Of a stretch of DNA of 32,000 bases, positions 9,307 through 17,675 are shown piece by piece. The position numbers and the translations under genes were made by a program. The notes beneath the pieces were generated by a model, which was not told the DNA's origin, did not search any database, and saw nothing but the letters and a program-made list of their open reading frames with translations. The stretch lies in the NCBI GenBank assembly GCA_964347125.1, contig CAYFXO010000001.1, positions 5,557-37,556 on the forward strand, given 5' to 3'. Each line of letters opens with the position of its first letter. The stretch's first letter is position 1. Origin of the DNA: an uncultured Methanomassiliicoccales archaeon (GTDB lineage Archaea > Thermoplasmatota > Thermoplasmata > RBG-16-68-12 > CAYFXO01).

Positions 9307-9314
9307 CTATAAAG
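9307..9314 (-). promoter_or_regulatory. Candidate TATA box (CTTTATAG) for pyrH
   Basis: CCTTTATAGG on minus strand about 40 nt upstream of GTG 9269. Confidence 0.5.
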
Positions 9315-9412
9315 GATACCGCCTGCGGGCCGTTCTCCTCGGGGGCGCCGCCGTAAGGGAGGGGCGCCCGCCAAAGGTTATTACCCCGCCTCCCGCTATT
9401 GGGGTCCCACCC

Positions 9413-10636
9413 ATGCCCAGGCAATCCGACATGGACCTCTATCACTTCAAGCGGGAGCTGGAGGCGATCCAGAGGATCGAGGGACGCGGCACGGAACTGG
9501 TCAGTCTGTACGTCCCCCCGGGGAAGCAGATCAGCGACGTGGCGAACTACCTCCGGAACGAGCTCTCGGAGTCCTCGAACATCAAGTCCAAGAGCACCCG
9601 GAAGGCGGTCATGGGGGCCATCGAGTCCATCCTGTCCCGCCTGAAGCACTTCCGCCAGCCCCCGGAGAACGGCATGGTCTTCTTCGTGGGCCAGAAGCTC
9701 CTCGGCGGGGACAAGACGGAGCAGGTGGCGTACGTCATCGAGCCCCCCGAGCCCCTGGGCACGGACCTGTACCGGTGCGACTCCCGGTTCTACACGGAGC
9801 CGCTGGAGGAGATGCTGCAGGAGCGGGACCGCTACGGCCTCCTGGTCATGGACCGGGGCGAGGCGACCCTGGGCAGCCTCCGGGGGAAGCGCATCGAGCC
9901 CATCAAGAACATCCAGTCCCTCGTCCCCAGCAAGCACTCCAAAGGGGGGCAGTCCGCCCGACGCTTCGAGCGCCTCATCGAGATCGCCGCCCACGAGTTC
10001 TACAAGAAGGTGGGGGACCTGGCGAACGAGGCCTTCGCGGGGGAGGATCTGAAGGGCTTCCTCATCGGCGGGCCCGGGGCGACGAAGGACGCTTTCCTGA
10101 ACGGGAGCTACCTCCATCACGAGCTGAAGGGCCTGGTCCTGGGGCCGTTCGACACGGGCTACACGGACGAGTACGGGCTGCGGGAGCTCGTGGGGAAGGC
10201 CCAGGACACCCTCTCCGACCTCGCCCTGATGCGGGAGAAGGACCTCGTGCAGAAGCTCTTCGACGAGATCCGGAAGCCCCACGGCGGCCTGGCGGCGTAC
10301 GGGGAGGAGGAGGTGCTGCGGGCCCTCACCTCGGGGGCGGTGGACACCCTTCTCGTGTCGGAGACCCTGCGGAAGGACCGGGTGTCCTTGCGGTGCGCGT
10401 CCTGCGGTCACACGGAGGAGCGGACGGTGGAGGCGGGGAGCGACGCCATCGCGTGCCCCGAGTGCGGCGCGGCGGCGAGCGTCGGGGAGCGGGCGGACTT
10501 CGTCGACCACCTCCAGGGGCTCGCGGAGGCCTCGGGGAGCACCCTGGAGATTGTCTCAGGCGAGTCGGAGGAGGGGCAGCTGCTGATGAAGGCCTTCGGG
10601 GGCCTGGCGGCCCTCCTGCGGTTCCGGGTGAGCTGA
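9413..10636 (+). CDS. prf1: Peptide chain release factor 1, archaeal (aRF1)
   Basis: ELEAIQRIEGRGTELVSLYVPPGKQISDVANYLRNELSESSNIKSKSTRKAVMGAIESILSRLK; GPGATKDAFLNGSYLHHELKG; zinc-finger CASCGHTEE...CPECGA. Confidence 0.97.
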   Translation: MPRQSDMDLYHFKRELEAIQRIEGRGTELVSLYVPPGKQISDVANYLRNELSESSNIKSKSTRKAVMGAIESILSRLKHFRQPPENGMVFFVGQKLLGGDKTEQVAYVIEPPEPLGTDLYRCDSRFYTEPLEEMLQERDRYGLLVMDRGEATLGSLRGKRIEPIKNIQSLVPSKHSKGGQSARRFERLIEIAAHEFYKKVGDLANEAFAGEDLKGFLIGGPGATKDAFLNGSYLHHELKGLVLGPFDTGYTDEYGLRELVGKAQDTLSDLALMREKDLVQKLFDEIRKPHGGLAAYGEEEVLRALTSGAVDTLLVSETLRKDRVSLRCASCGHTEERTVEAGSDAIACPECGAAASVGERADFVDHLQGLAEASGSTLEIVSGESEEGQLLMKAFGGLAALLRFRVS

Positions 10637-12360
10637 TGACCCACGACCCCTGGGCGGCCGTCCTGGAGGAGGCGGAGGCGCTCCGGCAAAGCGCAGCGCG
10701 CGCCCTGGAGTACCCCGCCATCGACCTCCCCTTCCAGGAGCCGCCGGAGGGGCTGGGGGACTTGGGGTTCCCCGTGTTCCAGCTGGCGCCCGCCCTGCAG
10801 AGAAGCCCCGCGGAGATCGCGTCGGAGCTGGCGGGTGCCATGGAGGCGGGGGCCCTGCTGACGACCCACGCCGCCGAGGGCGGCTACGTGAACTCCCGCC
10901 TGGACCGGGAGGCCTTCGCCCGTCTCACGCTGACCTCCATCCTGGACCGGGAGGACGCCTACGGCACCCACCCGCCCAACAGCATCCGAGTCCTCGTGGA
11001 GCACACGAGCATCAATCCCACCGGCCCCGTCCACGTGGGGCGGGCGCGGAACGCCATCATCGGCGACACCCTGGCCCGCCTCCTGACGATGGCAGGGTAC
11101 GACGTTACCTCGGAGTACCTGGTGAACGACGCGGGCAAGCAGGCGGCCTCCCTGGCGTGGGGGGTCGCGAACGTCCCCGGGGACGACCTCCCGCCCCCCG
11201 CGCGGGAGAAGGAGGACCACGACCTCGTGCGCTACTACCAGAAGGCCAACGAGCTCATGGAGACGGACCGGAGCGTCTCCCTGGCGGTGGGGGACCTCGT
11301 GGTGGCCTTCGAGGGCGGGGACGAGGCCGTTGCGGCCCAAGTGAAGGACGCCGCGGGCCGGGTGATGGAGGGCATCCTGGAGAGCCTCCGGACCCTGGGC
11401 GTGGAGTACGACCGCCTGTTCTACGAGAGCGACGTCGTCCTGGGCGGACGGGTGGCCCGCGTGCTGGAGGACCTCCGCGAGCTCAAGGCCTACCACACGG
11501 AGGACGGGGCGGGGTTCCTGGACCTGGGGGCCTACGAGCTCCCCACCCGCGAGTCGAAGTATTTCCTCACCCGGGGAGACGGCTCCACCCTCTACACGAC
11601 CCGCGACATCGCCTACCACCTGGACAAGTTCACCCGGAGCGACGAGGCCATCAACGTCCTCGGGGAGGACCACAAGCTGGAGTGGCGGGCCCTCTGCGCG
11701 GCCCTGGACCTCATGGGCTCGACCCGCGCCCCGGAGGGGGTGTTCTACGCCTTCATCTCGCTGGAAGAGGGGAAGATGTCCACCCGGGCGGGGACCGTGG
11801 TGAACCTGGACGACCTGATGGACGAGGCCGTCGCCCGCGCCGCGGGGGAGGTGCGGAAGCGGCGGGAGGAGCTCGACGAGGAGGAGCGGGAGGCCATCGC
11901 CCGCATCGTGGGCCTCGGGGCGCTCCGGTACAACGTCATCCGGGTCCAGCCGGAGAAGCGCATAGTCTTCCGGTGGGAGGAGGCCCTGAACTTCGAGGGG
12001 GACAGCGCGCCTTTCATCCAGTACGCCCACGCGAGGACCTGCGGGATCCTCAGGAAGGCCGGGGAGGCGGGGGCCTGGGACGCCGCCGCGCTGAGCCACG
12101 AGCGGGAGGCGGACCTGGTGAGGGCCCTGGCGAAGCTCCCCCACACGATCCTCGAGGCCGCCCGCGCGCGTACGCCCCACACCCTCGCGACCTTCGCGAA
12201 CGCCGTCGCCGCCCTGTTCAACCAGTTCTACCGGGACTGCCCCGTCCTGCAGGCCCCCGACGACCTGCGGGACTCCCGGCTGGCCCTGGTGCGGGCGACC
12301 CGGGCCGTCCTCGCGAACTCCCTGGAGGGCCTGGGGATCCTGGCGCCCTCGGAGATGTAG
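10636..12360 (+). CDS. argS: Arginyl-tRNA synthetase
   Basis: VEHTSINPTGPVHVGRARNAIIGDTLARLL (class I HIGH-like); KMSTRAG; C-term ALYNRFYxDCPV-like (LFNQFYRDCPVLQ). ATG overlaps the prf1 stop (TGATG). Confidence 0.96.
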   Translation: MTHDPWAAVLEEAEALRQSAARALEYPAIDLPFQEPPEGLGDLGFPVFQLAPALQRSPAEIASELAGAMEAGALLTTHAAEGGYVNSRLDREAFARLTLTSILDREDAYGTHPPNSIRVLVEHTSINPTGPVHVGRARNAIIGDTLARLLTMAGYDVTSEYLVNDAGKQAASLAWGVANVPGDDLPPPAREKEDHDLVRYYQKANELMETDRSVSLAVGDLVVAFEGGDEAVAAQVKDAAGRVMEGILESLRTLGVEYDRLFYESDVVLGGRVARVLEDLRELKAYHTEDGAGFLDLGAYELPTRESKYFLTRGDGSTLYTTRDIAYHLDKFTRSDEAINVLGEDHKLEWRALCAALDLMGSTRAPEGVFYAFISLEEGKMSTRAGTVVNLDDLMDEAVARAAGEVRKRREELDEEEREAIARIVGLGALRYNVIRVQPEKRIVFRWEEALNFEGDSAPFIQYAHARTCGILRKAGEAGAWDAAALSHEREADLVRALAKLPHTILEAARARTPHTLATFANAVAALFNQFYRDCPVLQAPDDLRDSRLALVRATRAVLANSLEGLGILAPSEM

Positions 12361-12402
12361 GGCTCGCGCTGTATCGACGATGTGTCCACGGGGTCGGCGC
12401 CC

Positions 12403-15400
12403 CTACTTCTTCACCTTCGGCTTCGCCCGCTTCTCGGGCTTCTCGCCCTTCTCCCGCCGACGGAAGCGGATCTCGCCGCGCTGGTACTTCTTGCGAAGCC
12501 ACAGGAGCACGGGGACCGCGATGATCAGCAGGATGATGGCCAGATAGATGAGGGGTCGGACGTAGCCGGGCTCGATGACCCGGACCCAGCCGGGGTTCGC
12601 GTCGTTCGTGTTGTCGCCCCACTCGCCGTCCCATTCGCCCTGGACGGAGGCATTGACGTAGATGGTGTAGTTCCCGATGACATCGCGGGAGAAGGTGATC
12701 TTCGCGGTCTTCGTCTCTCCCGCTGCGAGGCTGTTGTTGACCGGGAGGACCCCAGTCGCGTTGAACCACTGGACGTCCGCGGGGGTCTTCAGCGACACGC
12801 GGTTGCCCGTCTGCCCGCCGGAGAGGAACTCGAACTGCAGCTGGACGTTCGAGGCGTTCGCCCGGCCCTCCAGGTTCTCCACCTGGATGCTCAGGGTCGT
12901 CGTCTGTCCTTGCTCGATGGTGCGAGGCTTCGCGTCGAAGGAGGTGGAGAGCACCCGGACGTTCGGGCGGCTCTCGGGGTCGATGAGGACGACGAGGGTC
13001 ACGTTGACGCTCCCCACGTTCCCCGCCTGGTCCGTCACGTTCAGGGTGACGGTGTACCCCTCGAGGTTCACCTCGTCGTAGACGTGGCTCACGTTGATGA
13101 ACTCCCCGGGCTGGCCGGGGCCCATCCCTTCGCCGTCGTCGAAGGTCCAGTTGAAGGTGAGGTTCGTGATGTCGTCGAAGTTGTCCGTGGTGTCGCTGGC
13201 GTTGAAGTAGACCGTCTGGCCCTCGATGATCTGGACGACCTCCGCGAAGGTCTCGTTGAGGACGACGAACTCCGGCTGGGGCTCGGTGACGTCCTTCACC
13301 CGGACGGAGAGCGTGGCGTTCTGGCTCTCGTGGTCCACCACGTCCGTCACCTTGAGGGTCGCGTTGAACTCGCCGGGCTGGCTGTAGATCTGGGTGGCGG
13401 TCTCGCCGAAGCCGTCGACGGTCCCGTCGCCGTCCCAGTCCCACTCCCAGGTCCCGATGAGGCCGGGGACGGTGCCGAACATCGTGTCGGTGGAGTTGGC
13501 CCCGCTGAATTCCACGGAGGCGCCCTCCTCCACGACGAACGTGGTCCCGTCCATCTCGGCGCCCGAGGTGATGTCCGCGGCGGCCACCGGGTCCTCCACG
13601 TCCACGGAGACGGAGATGTCCCGATAGGTGACGTCCCCGCCCGCTTCCGTGACCGTGAGGTTCACGGTGAAGTTCCCGCCGACGGTGTAGTTGTGGGTGG
13701 CCTGGATGCCGTAGCCGATGAGGGAGGGGTTCGTGTTGTTCCGGAACCTCCAGGTGAAGTTCGCGAAGGGGGAGACGAGGCCGTCGGCGCTGTTCGGGTC
13801 CGTGGAGTCCTCGGCGGAGAACGTGATGTTCTCCATGCCCCGGACGATGACGGTGTAGTTCTCGAAGGACTCGTTGAGGGGGTGGAAGGTGCCGTTGACC
13901 ACCTTCGCCCGGGCCGTCCCGTTGGCGCGCCGCTGGATGTCCAGGGTGGCCGTGGGAACGTCGGGGGCGGAGGCGGGCTTCGTCTTCGGGTCCACGGTGA
14001 CCGTGGTGAAGCCCGTGACCGCGACGTTCGTCGGGTTCGTGGTGTTCCCCACGAGCTCGTACTGGGCGGGGAGTTCGAAGACATACTGGTAGTCCTTCGT
14101 GACCGCGCCGGTGCTGTCGTAGGTGCCGTTCACCACGAGGGTGTACTCCTCTAGGTCGAGTTCGGGGTCGGCCACTGCGTTGTAGATGGCCGTCATGTTG
14201 ACCCAGACCCGGCCGCCCGCGTCGATGGCGGAGTCCGCGTAGGGCGCGAAGGTGGCGGCGAAGGTCAGGGCGTCGCTGCGGTAGTACTCGTTGTCGACGG
14301 TGAGGACATCGCGGGTGACGACGAACCGCGGGCCGCGGTCGAAGAACCAGGTGAGGAAGTTGTCAATCTCCGCGGTCGTCAAGGTGCCGTCACCGTCGCC
14401 GAGGGCGGAGTCGATCTGCAGACGCAGGTTGCTGACCCCGGCGTTCTCCAGGCCGGGGACGGCGCTGTCCGCATTGAGGGACCAGGCCCGCTCGAGCTGG
14501 ATGACGTTCCAGTTCTCGGCGACAAAGCTCACGGTGTTCGTGAAGGTCTCCTTCTCCGCGAGGGAGAGGGTAATGTTGCCCAGGTTCACGGTGCTCCCGG
14601 CGACCGTCAGGCCGCTCAGGGTGTAGGCCGCGTATCCATCGGCGTCCACCACGAGGGTGAAGTTGCCGTTGTAGGTCCCGATCTCGAACTTCGGTCCCGC
14701 AGAGACGCGGGAGAGGGTGCGGTTGTTGTCCTCGTCGTAGAGGACGGCCTTGATGGTCTTCGTGATCCCGAGGCCGCTCGCCGCGTCGAAGACGCGGCCC
14801 CAGACGACTGTCTGAAAGAGGGTGACGTTGTATTCCGTGGGCCCGCCGAGGGGCACGGGCTCGTCCGCGACAGCGTACTCCCGGTCATAGTCGGCGGTGA
14901 GGACGTCGCCATTGAACAAGTCGACGAAGACCGTAATCTCACCGGTGACCAGGTCTGCGTTGTACTCCGAAGTGGGTGTTAGGGGAATCCCGTTCCTGTT
15001 TATCACCAGGGGTGGGATGGGTGGATAAGACAGTCGGCTCGTGTTTGTGAGGTACTCGTAGTCAATTTGGGCGGAGTGATTGTAGAAGCCGACGATGTCG
15101 TCGCCCGGGAATAAGGTCCACATCGAGAGGGACACAATCCCTGTGTTGCGATCAATGGTGTAGTTGGGCATGCCCATGCTAGCATTCTCCACGAGGGGGG
15201 TGTACTCGGTTCCATTCCAGTAGACGAGATCCTCGTTGAGGACGTAAGGGGACAGTCCCACCAGGGTCAGGGGGAACGCGGCCTCGCCGCCTATGGCGTC
15301 AAAGATATTCGTCGAGTTGTCCCAGAACACGGTATGGTTGTATGTCGCCGTTAGGTTGTATTGGGGCGGGAGAGGGGTGTTGTAGGTCACGATGCCCGCC

Positions 15401-16359
15401 GCGGCGTTCAGCACGTAGTCCGACCACACGCTCCCGTTGTTCCGGACCGTGATGTTGAGGATGTCCGCCTTGGCCAAGACCGCCTGGGCCTCGCCGCCGA
15501 GAGATTGCAGCACGAGGGTTTCAGAGAACTGCGCGGTGTAGTTGTAGGACGCGGTCACTTCCGCGTCCGGCCCAAGGGCGGGGGTGAAGCTGACCTCTCC
15601 CGTGGGATAATCTATCGTATAGTCCCCGGGAGACGTCAGGGTCACGGCGTCCGCCACGATCGTTTCTGAGCCGAGGACGACGTTTGGGTTCGCCAGGCGC
15701 CCCGTCTTGCCATGGGGCACAATGTCGATGGTCGCGAAGTGCGGCGAGAGGCCGGTGTGGGTGACGTGAATCTGGTAGGTCCCGCTGTAGAAGTCCAGCG
15801 CGTACGTGCCATCGGTCGCCGTGGTCGTGGCGTTGCTGTACCCCATGTCCGGGTCGATGAGCGTCACCGAGGCCCCCGCGAGGACCTTCCCCGCGGAGTC
15901 GCGGACGGTGCCGGACACCGTCGAGTCGATGACGCGCGTCTCGAGGGGGATGTCCCCGAGGGACTGGTTCTGCCCGAAGTCGAGACGAAGGACGCCGGTG
16001 GTGAAGGTGAAGTAGACCTTCCCGTCCTGGAAGGGGTTCGAGTCGGGTTGGATGATGACCTCGTAGTAGCTGGGCGCGGGAGCCTCCACCTGGAAGTAAC
16101 CGCCCTCGATCGAGAGGGTGTTGGCCACATCGGCGACGCCGTTGGAGATGTCGTCGAGGCGGACACGGATCCCGCTGAGGCCTTCCGCCGGGAGGTTGTA
16201 GGTGCCGGATGCGTCAGTGTCTTCGTAGACCCAGCCAAACAAAATGGGCTTGGCCTGGGTCGCGCTCGCATGCCAGCTCGGCAGTGCCGCCAAGGCGCCC
16301 ATCAGGACGAGGAGCGCCAGCAACACCGCTGCTACACCGTTGGCGTTTCCCGGTTTCAT
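12403..16359 (-). CDS. Large secreted, C-terminally membrane-anchored surface protein with CarboxypepD_reg-like, repeated beta modules, PKD-like and CARDB-like domains
   Basis: Signal MKPGNANGVAAVLLALLVLMGALAALPSWHASA; SGTVRDSAGKVLAGASVTLID; PKD-like GTWEWDWDGDGTVDGFGET and LTFNWTFDDGEG...VSHVYDE; C-term TM YVRPLIYLAIILLIIAVPVLLWL then basic tail; many N-x-S/T sequons. Confidence 0.9.
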   Translation of the reverse strand: MKPGNANGVAAVLLALLVLMGALAALPSWHASATQAKPILFGWVYEDTDASGTYNLPAEGLSGIRVRLDDISNGVADVANTLSIEGGYFQVEAPAPSYYEVIIQPDSNPFQDGKVYFTFTTGVLRLDFGQNQSLGDIPLETRVIDSTVSGTVRDSAGKVLAGASVTLIDPDMGYSNATTTATDGTYALDFYSGTYQIHVTHTGLSPHFATIDIVPHGKTGRLANPNVVLGSETIVADAVTLTSPGDYTIDYPTGEVSFTPALGPDAEVTASYNYTAQFSETLVLQSLGGEAQAVLAKADILNITVRNNGSVWSDYVLNAAAGIVTYNTPLPPQYNLTATYNHTVFWDNSTNIFDAIGGEAAFPLTLVGLSPYVLNEDLVYWNGTEYTPLVENASMGMPNYTIDRNTGIVSLSMWTLFPGDDIVGFYNHSAQIDYEYLTNTSRLSYPPIPPLVINRNGIPLTPTSEYNADLVTGEITVFVDLFNGDVLTADYDREYAVADEPVPLGGPTEYNVTLFQTVVWGRVFDAASGLGITKTIKAVLYDEDNNRTLSRVSAGPKFEIGTYNGNFTLVVDADGYAAYTLSGLTVAGSTVNLGNITLSLAEKETFTNTVSFVAENWNVIQLERAWSLNADSAVPGLENAGVSNLRLQIDSALGDGDGTLTTAEIDNFLTWFFDRGPRFVVTRDVLTVDNEYYRSDALTFAATFAPYADSAIDAGGRVWVNMTAIYNAVADPELDLEEYTLVVNGTYDSTGAVTKDYQYVFELPAQYELVGNTTNPTNVAVTGFTTVTVDPKTKPASAPDVPTATLDIQRRANGTARAKVVNGTFHPLNESFENYTVIVRGMENITFSAEDSTDPNSADGLVSPFANFTWRFRNNTNPSLIGYGIQATHNYTVGGNFTVNLTVTEAGGDVTYRDISVSVDVEDPVAAADITSGAEMDGTTFVVEEGASVEFSGANSTDTMFGTVPGLIGTWEWDWDGDGTVDGFGETATQIYSQPGEFNATLKVTDVVDHESQNATLSVRVKDVTEPQPEFVVLNETFAEVVQIIEGQTVYFNASDTTDNFDDITNLTFNWTFDDGEGMGPGQPGEFINVSHVYDEVNLEGYTVTLNVTDQAGNVGSVNVTLVVLIDPESRPNVRVLSTSFDAKPRTIEQGQTTTLSIQVENLEGRANASNVQLQFEFLSGGQTGNRVSLKTPADVQWFNATGVLPVNNSLAAGETKTAKITFSRDVIGNYTIYVNASVQGEWDGEWGDNTNDANPGWVRVIEPGYVRPLIYLAIILLIIAVPVLLWLRKKYQRGEIRFRRREKGEKPEKRAKPKVKK

Positions 16360-16439
16360 CTCTGTGCCTCCAGCTCAATACTGGATTACCCCCTGTTGGG
16401 GGGCCCAAGGCCAAAGCGAAGGCCGCAGAAGAGATGGGG

Positions 16440-16448
16440 TTATTTAAG
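16440..16448 (-). promoter_or_regulatory. Candidate TATA box (CTTAAATAA) for the 1318-aa protein gene
   Basis: Minus-strand AGCTTAAATAACC about 80 nt upstream of ATG 16359. Confidence 0.4.
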
Positions 16449-16540
16449 CTTTGAGCAGAGGCACACGGGAGCCCACAACACGACATGGCGTGGCCAAGCC
16501 GCGCAGAAGCGCGCCGAGACGGCACGTGGTCGTGGTGCCT

Positions 16541-16897
16541 TCAGCCCAGCTGCTCGGCCCGCCCCCAGACCTCCTCGGGGAGGCTGTCGTATGCGAACCC
16601 CTCGTCGGGACGGTCCTGCGGGGACTCCGCCTCGGACTCGTCGGGCAGCTCCCAGTAGAAGATCCGCCAGGACTTCCCGGAAGGCAGTAGCACGGTCTCC
16701 CAGGTGCTCCGCAGGAGCCCCAAGTCCTGCAGCCGGTAGAACAGCTTCCGGTCCTCACTGTCGATGGCGTTGTCGATGATTACGGTGCCGTAGCCGAAGT
16801 AGGAGAGGACCGTCTCCGCCATGCCCAAGGCTTCCGCTGACCCGATGCCCGCCTGCCTCTCGATGAGGCTGCCGAGGGTTTCCGGGGTCAGCACCAT
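16541..16897 (-). CDS. Conserved archaeal hypothetical protein (118 aa; possibly DUF6015-like)
   Basis: MVLTPETLGSLIERQAGIGSAEALGMAETVLSYFGYGTVIIDNAIDSEDRKLFYRLQDLGLLRSTWETVLLPSGKSWRIFYWEL; purine-rich RBS (GAGGAGGAG) and TATA box upstream. Confidence 0.7.
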   Translation of the reverse strand: MVLTPETLGSLIERQAGIGSAEALGMAETVLSYFGYGTVIIDNAIDSEDRKLFYRLQDLGLLRSTWETVLLPSGKSWRIFYWELPDESEAESPQDRPDEGFAYDSLPEEVWGRAEQLG

Positions 16898-16936
16898 GGC
16901 CGCTCCTCCTCCTCACTTCTATTGTGTTTGTCCTTC

Positions 16937-16943
16937 TATATAT
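16937..16943 (-). promoter_or_regulatory. Candidate TATA box (ATATATA) for the 16541-16897 gene
   Basis: Minus-strand CATATATAGAAGG about 40 nt upstream of the start codon. Confidence 0.6.
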
Positions 16944-17058
16944 GTCTTCCGTGGAACCTATCGGGCCTGGTCGCTCCACCTTATCAGAATTGATAGCAGG
17001 GTGAGGCCCTTCAAATAGCGTCGCCTCCGATGAGAACCCGAGCTCAGGCGGGAACCCC

Positions 17059-17235
17059 ATGAAGCGTCGGAGTCGGAAGAGCATGGTGGACATCCGCCGC
17101 GGGGTCACCGTGGTCCACCTGAACGTGGGCTCGGGCTACCTGACTTACCTGGCGACCCCCGGCGACGGGGTGCCGCGCCTCAAGACCATCCTTTTAAGGC
17201 GAAAGAAGCCTGAGGCATACGGCCAGGTTCCATGA
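17059..17235 (+). CDS. Possible small protein (58 aa), translationally coupled to the zinc-ribbon gene
   Basis: MKRRSRKSMVDIRRGVTVVHLNVGSGYLTYLATPGDGVPRLKTILLRRKKPEAYGQVP*; TGA overlaps the ATG at 17232; upstream AT-rich TTCAAATA. Below the length cut-off of the ORF track. Confidence 0.35.
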   Translation: MKRRSRKSMVDIRRGVTVVHLNVGSGYLTYLATPGDGVPRLKTILLRRKKPEAYGQVP

Positions 17236-17675
17236 AGGAAGAGGATCCCCGTTCCCGCCTCCGGACAGCCAAGCAGATCCGGGAGGAGTCCGAAGAGGAC
17301 GACTTCGACTTCGAGGCCGAGTACCCGCCGGAGGAGGGGTCGCCGGAGACCCCCGTGCGCATCCGGGAGTACTCGGATTGGGCACGGAGCGGCCGGTGCA
17401 TGGTGTGCGGGGAAGAGAAGGAGCCCTACGTCGAGGTGGAGGTGGGCGGCCAGTGGGAGTTCACCTGCCAGGCGTGCTACGAGCAGGAGACGGCCCCGAA
17501 GGAGCCGGCGGAGCCCGCGGGCGGGGTCGCATGCCCTTCCTGCGGCGCCCCCCTCCACCCGGGCGATCAGTTCTGCGGGAAGTGCGGTGCGGCGACGGAG
17601 GCCGCCTGCCCGGAGTGCGGCGCCGAGATGGAGCCCGGCGACAAGTTCTGCGGGAAGTGCGGCGCCTCACTTTGA
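17232..17675 (+). CDS. Acidic double zinc-ribbon protein
   Basis: CMVCGEEKE...CQACYE then CPSCGAPLHPGDQFCGKCGAATEAACPECGAEMEPGDKFCGKCGASL. Confidence 0.85.
   Translation: MKEEDPRSRLRTAKQIREESEEDDFDFEAEYPPEEGSPETPVRIREYSDWARSGRCMVCGEEKEPYVEVEVGGQWEFTCQACYEQETAPKEPAEPAGGVACPSCGAPLHPGDQFCGKCGAATEAACPECGAEMEPGDKFCGKCGASL

Noticed and set aside
10408-12180. 590-aa minus ORF antisense to argS
   Set aside because: No recognisable motifs; argS on the opposite strand is unambiguous.
12382-14154. 590-aa plus ORF antisense to the 1318-aa surface protein
   Set aside because: GC-bias shadow ORF. The minus-strand gene has signal peptide, PKD motifs and TM.
15712-16779. 355-aa plus ORF across the 16360-16540 intergenic region
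   Set aside because: Antisense to two supported genes, no motif, biased composition.
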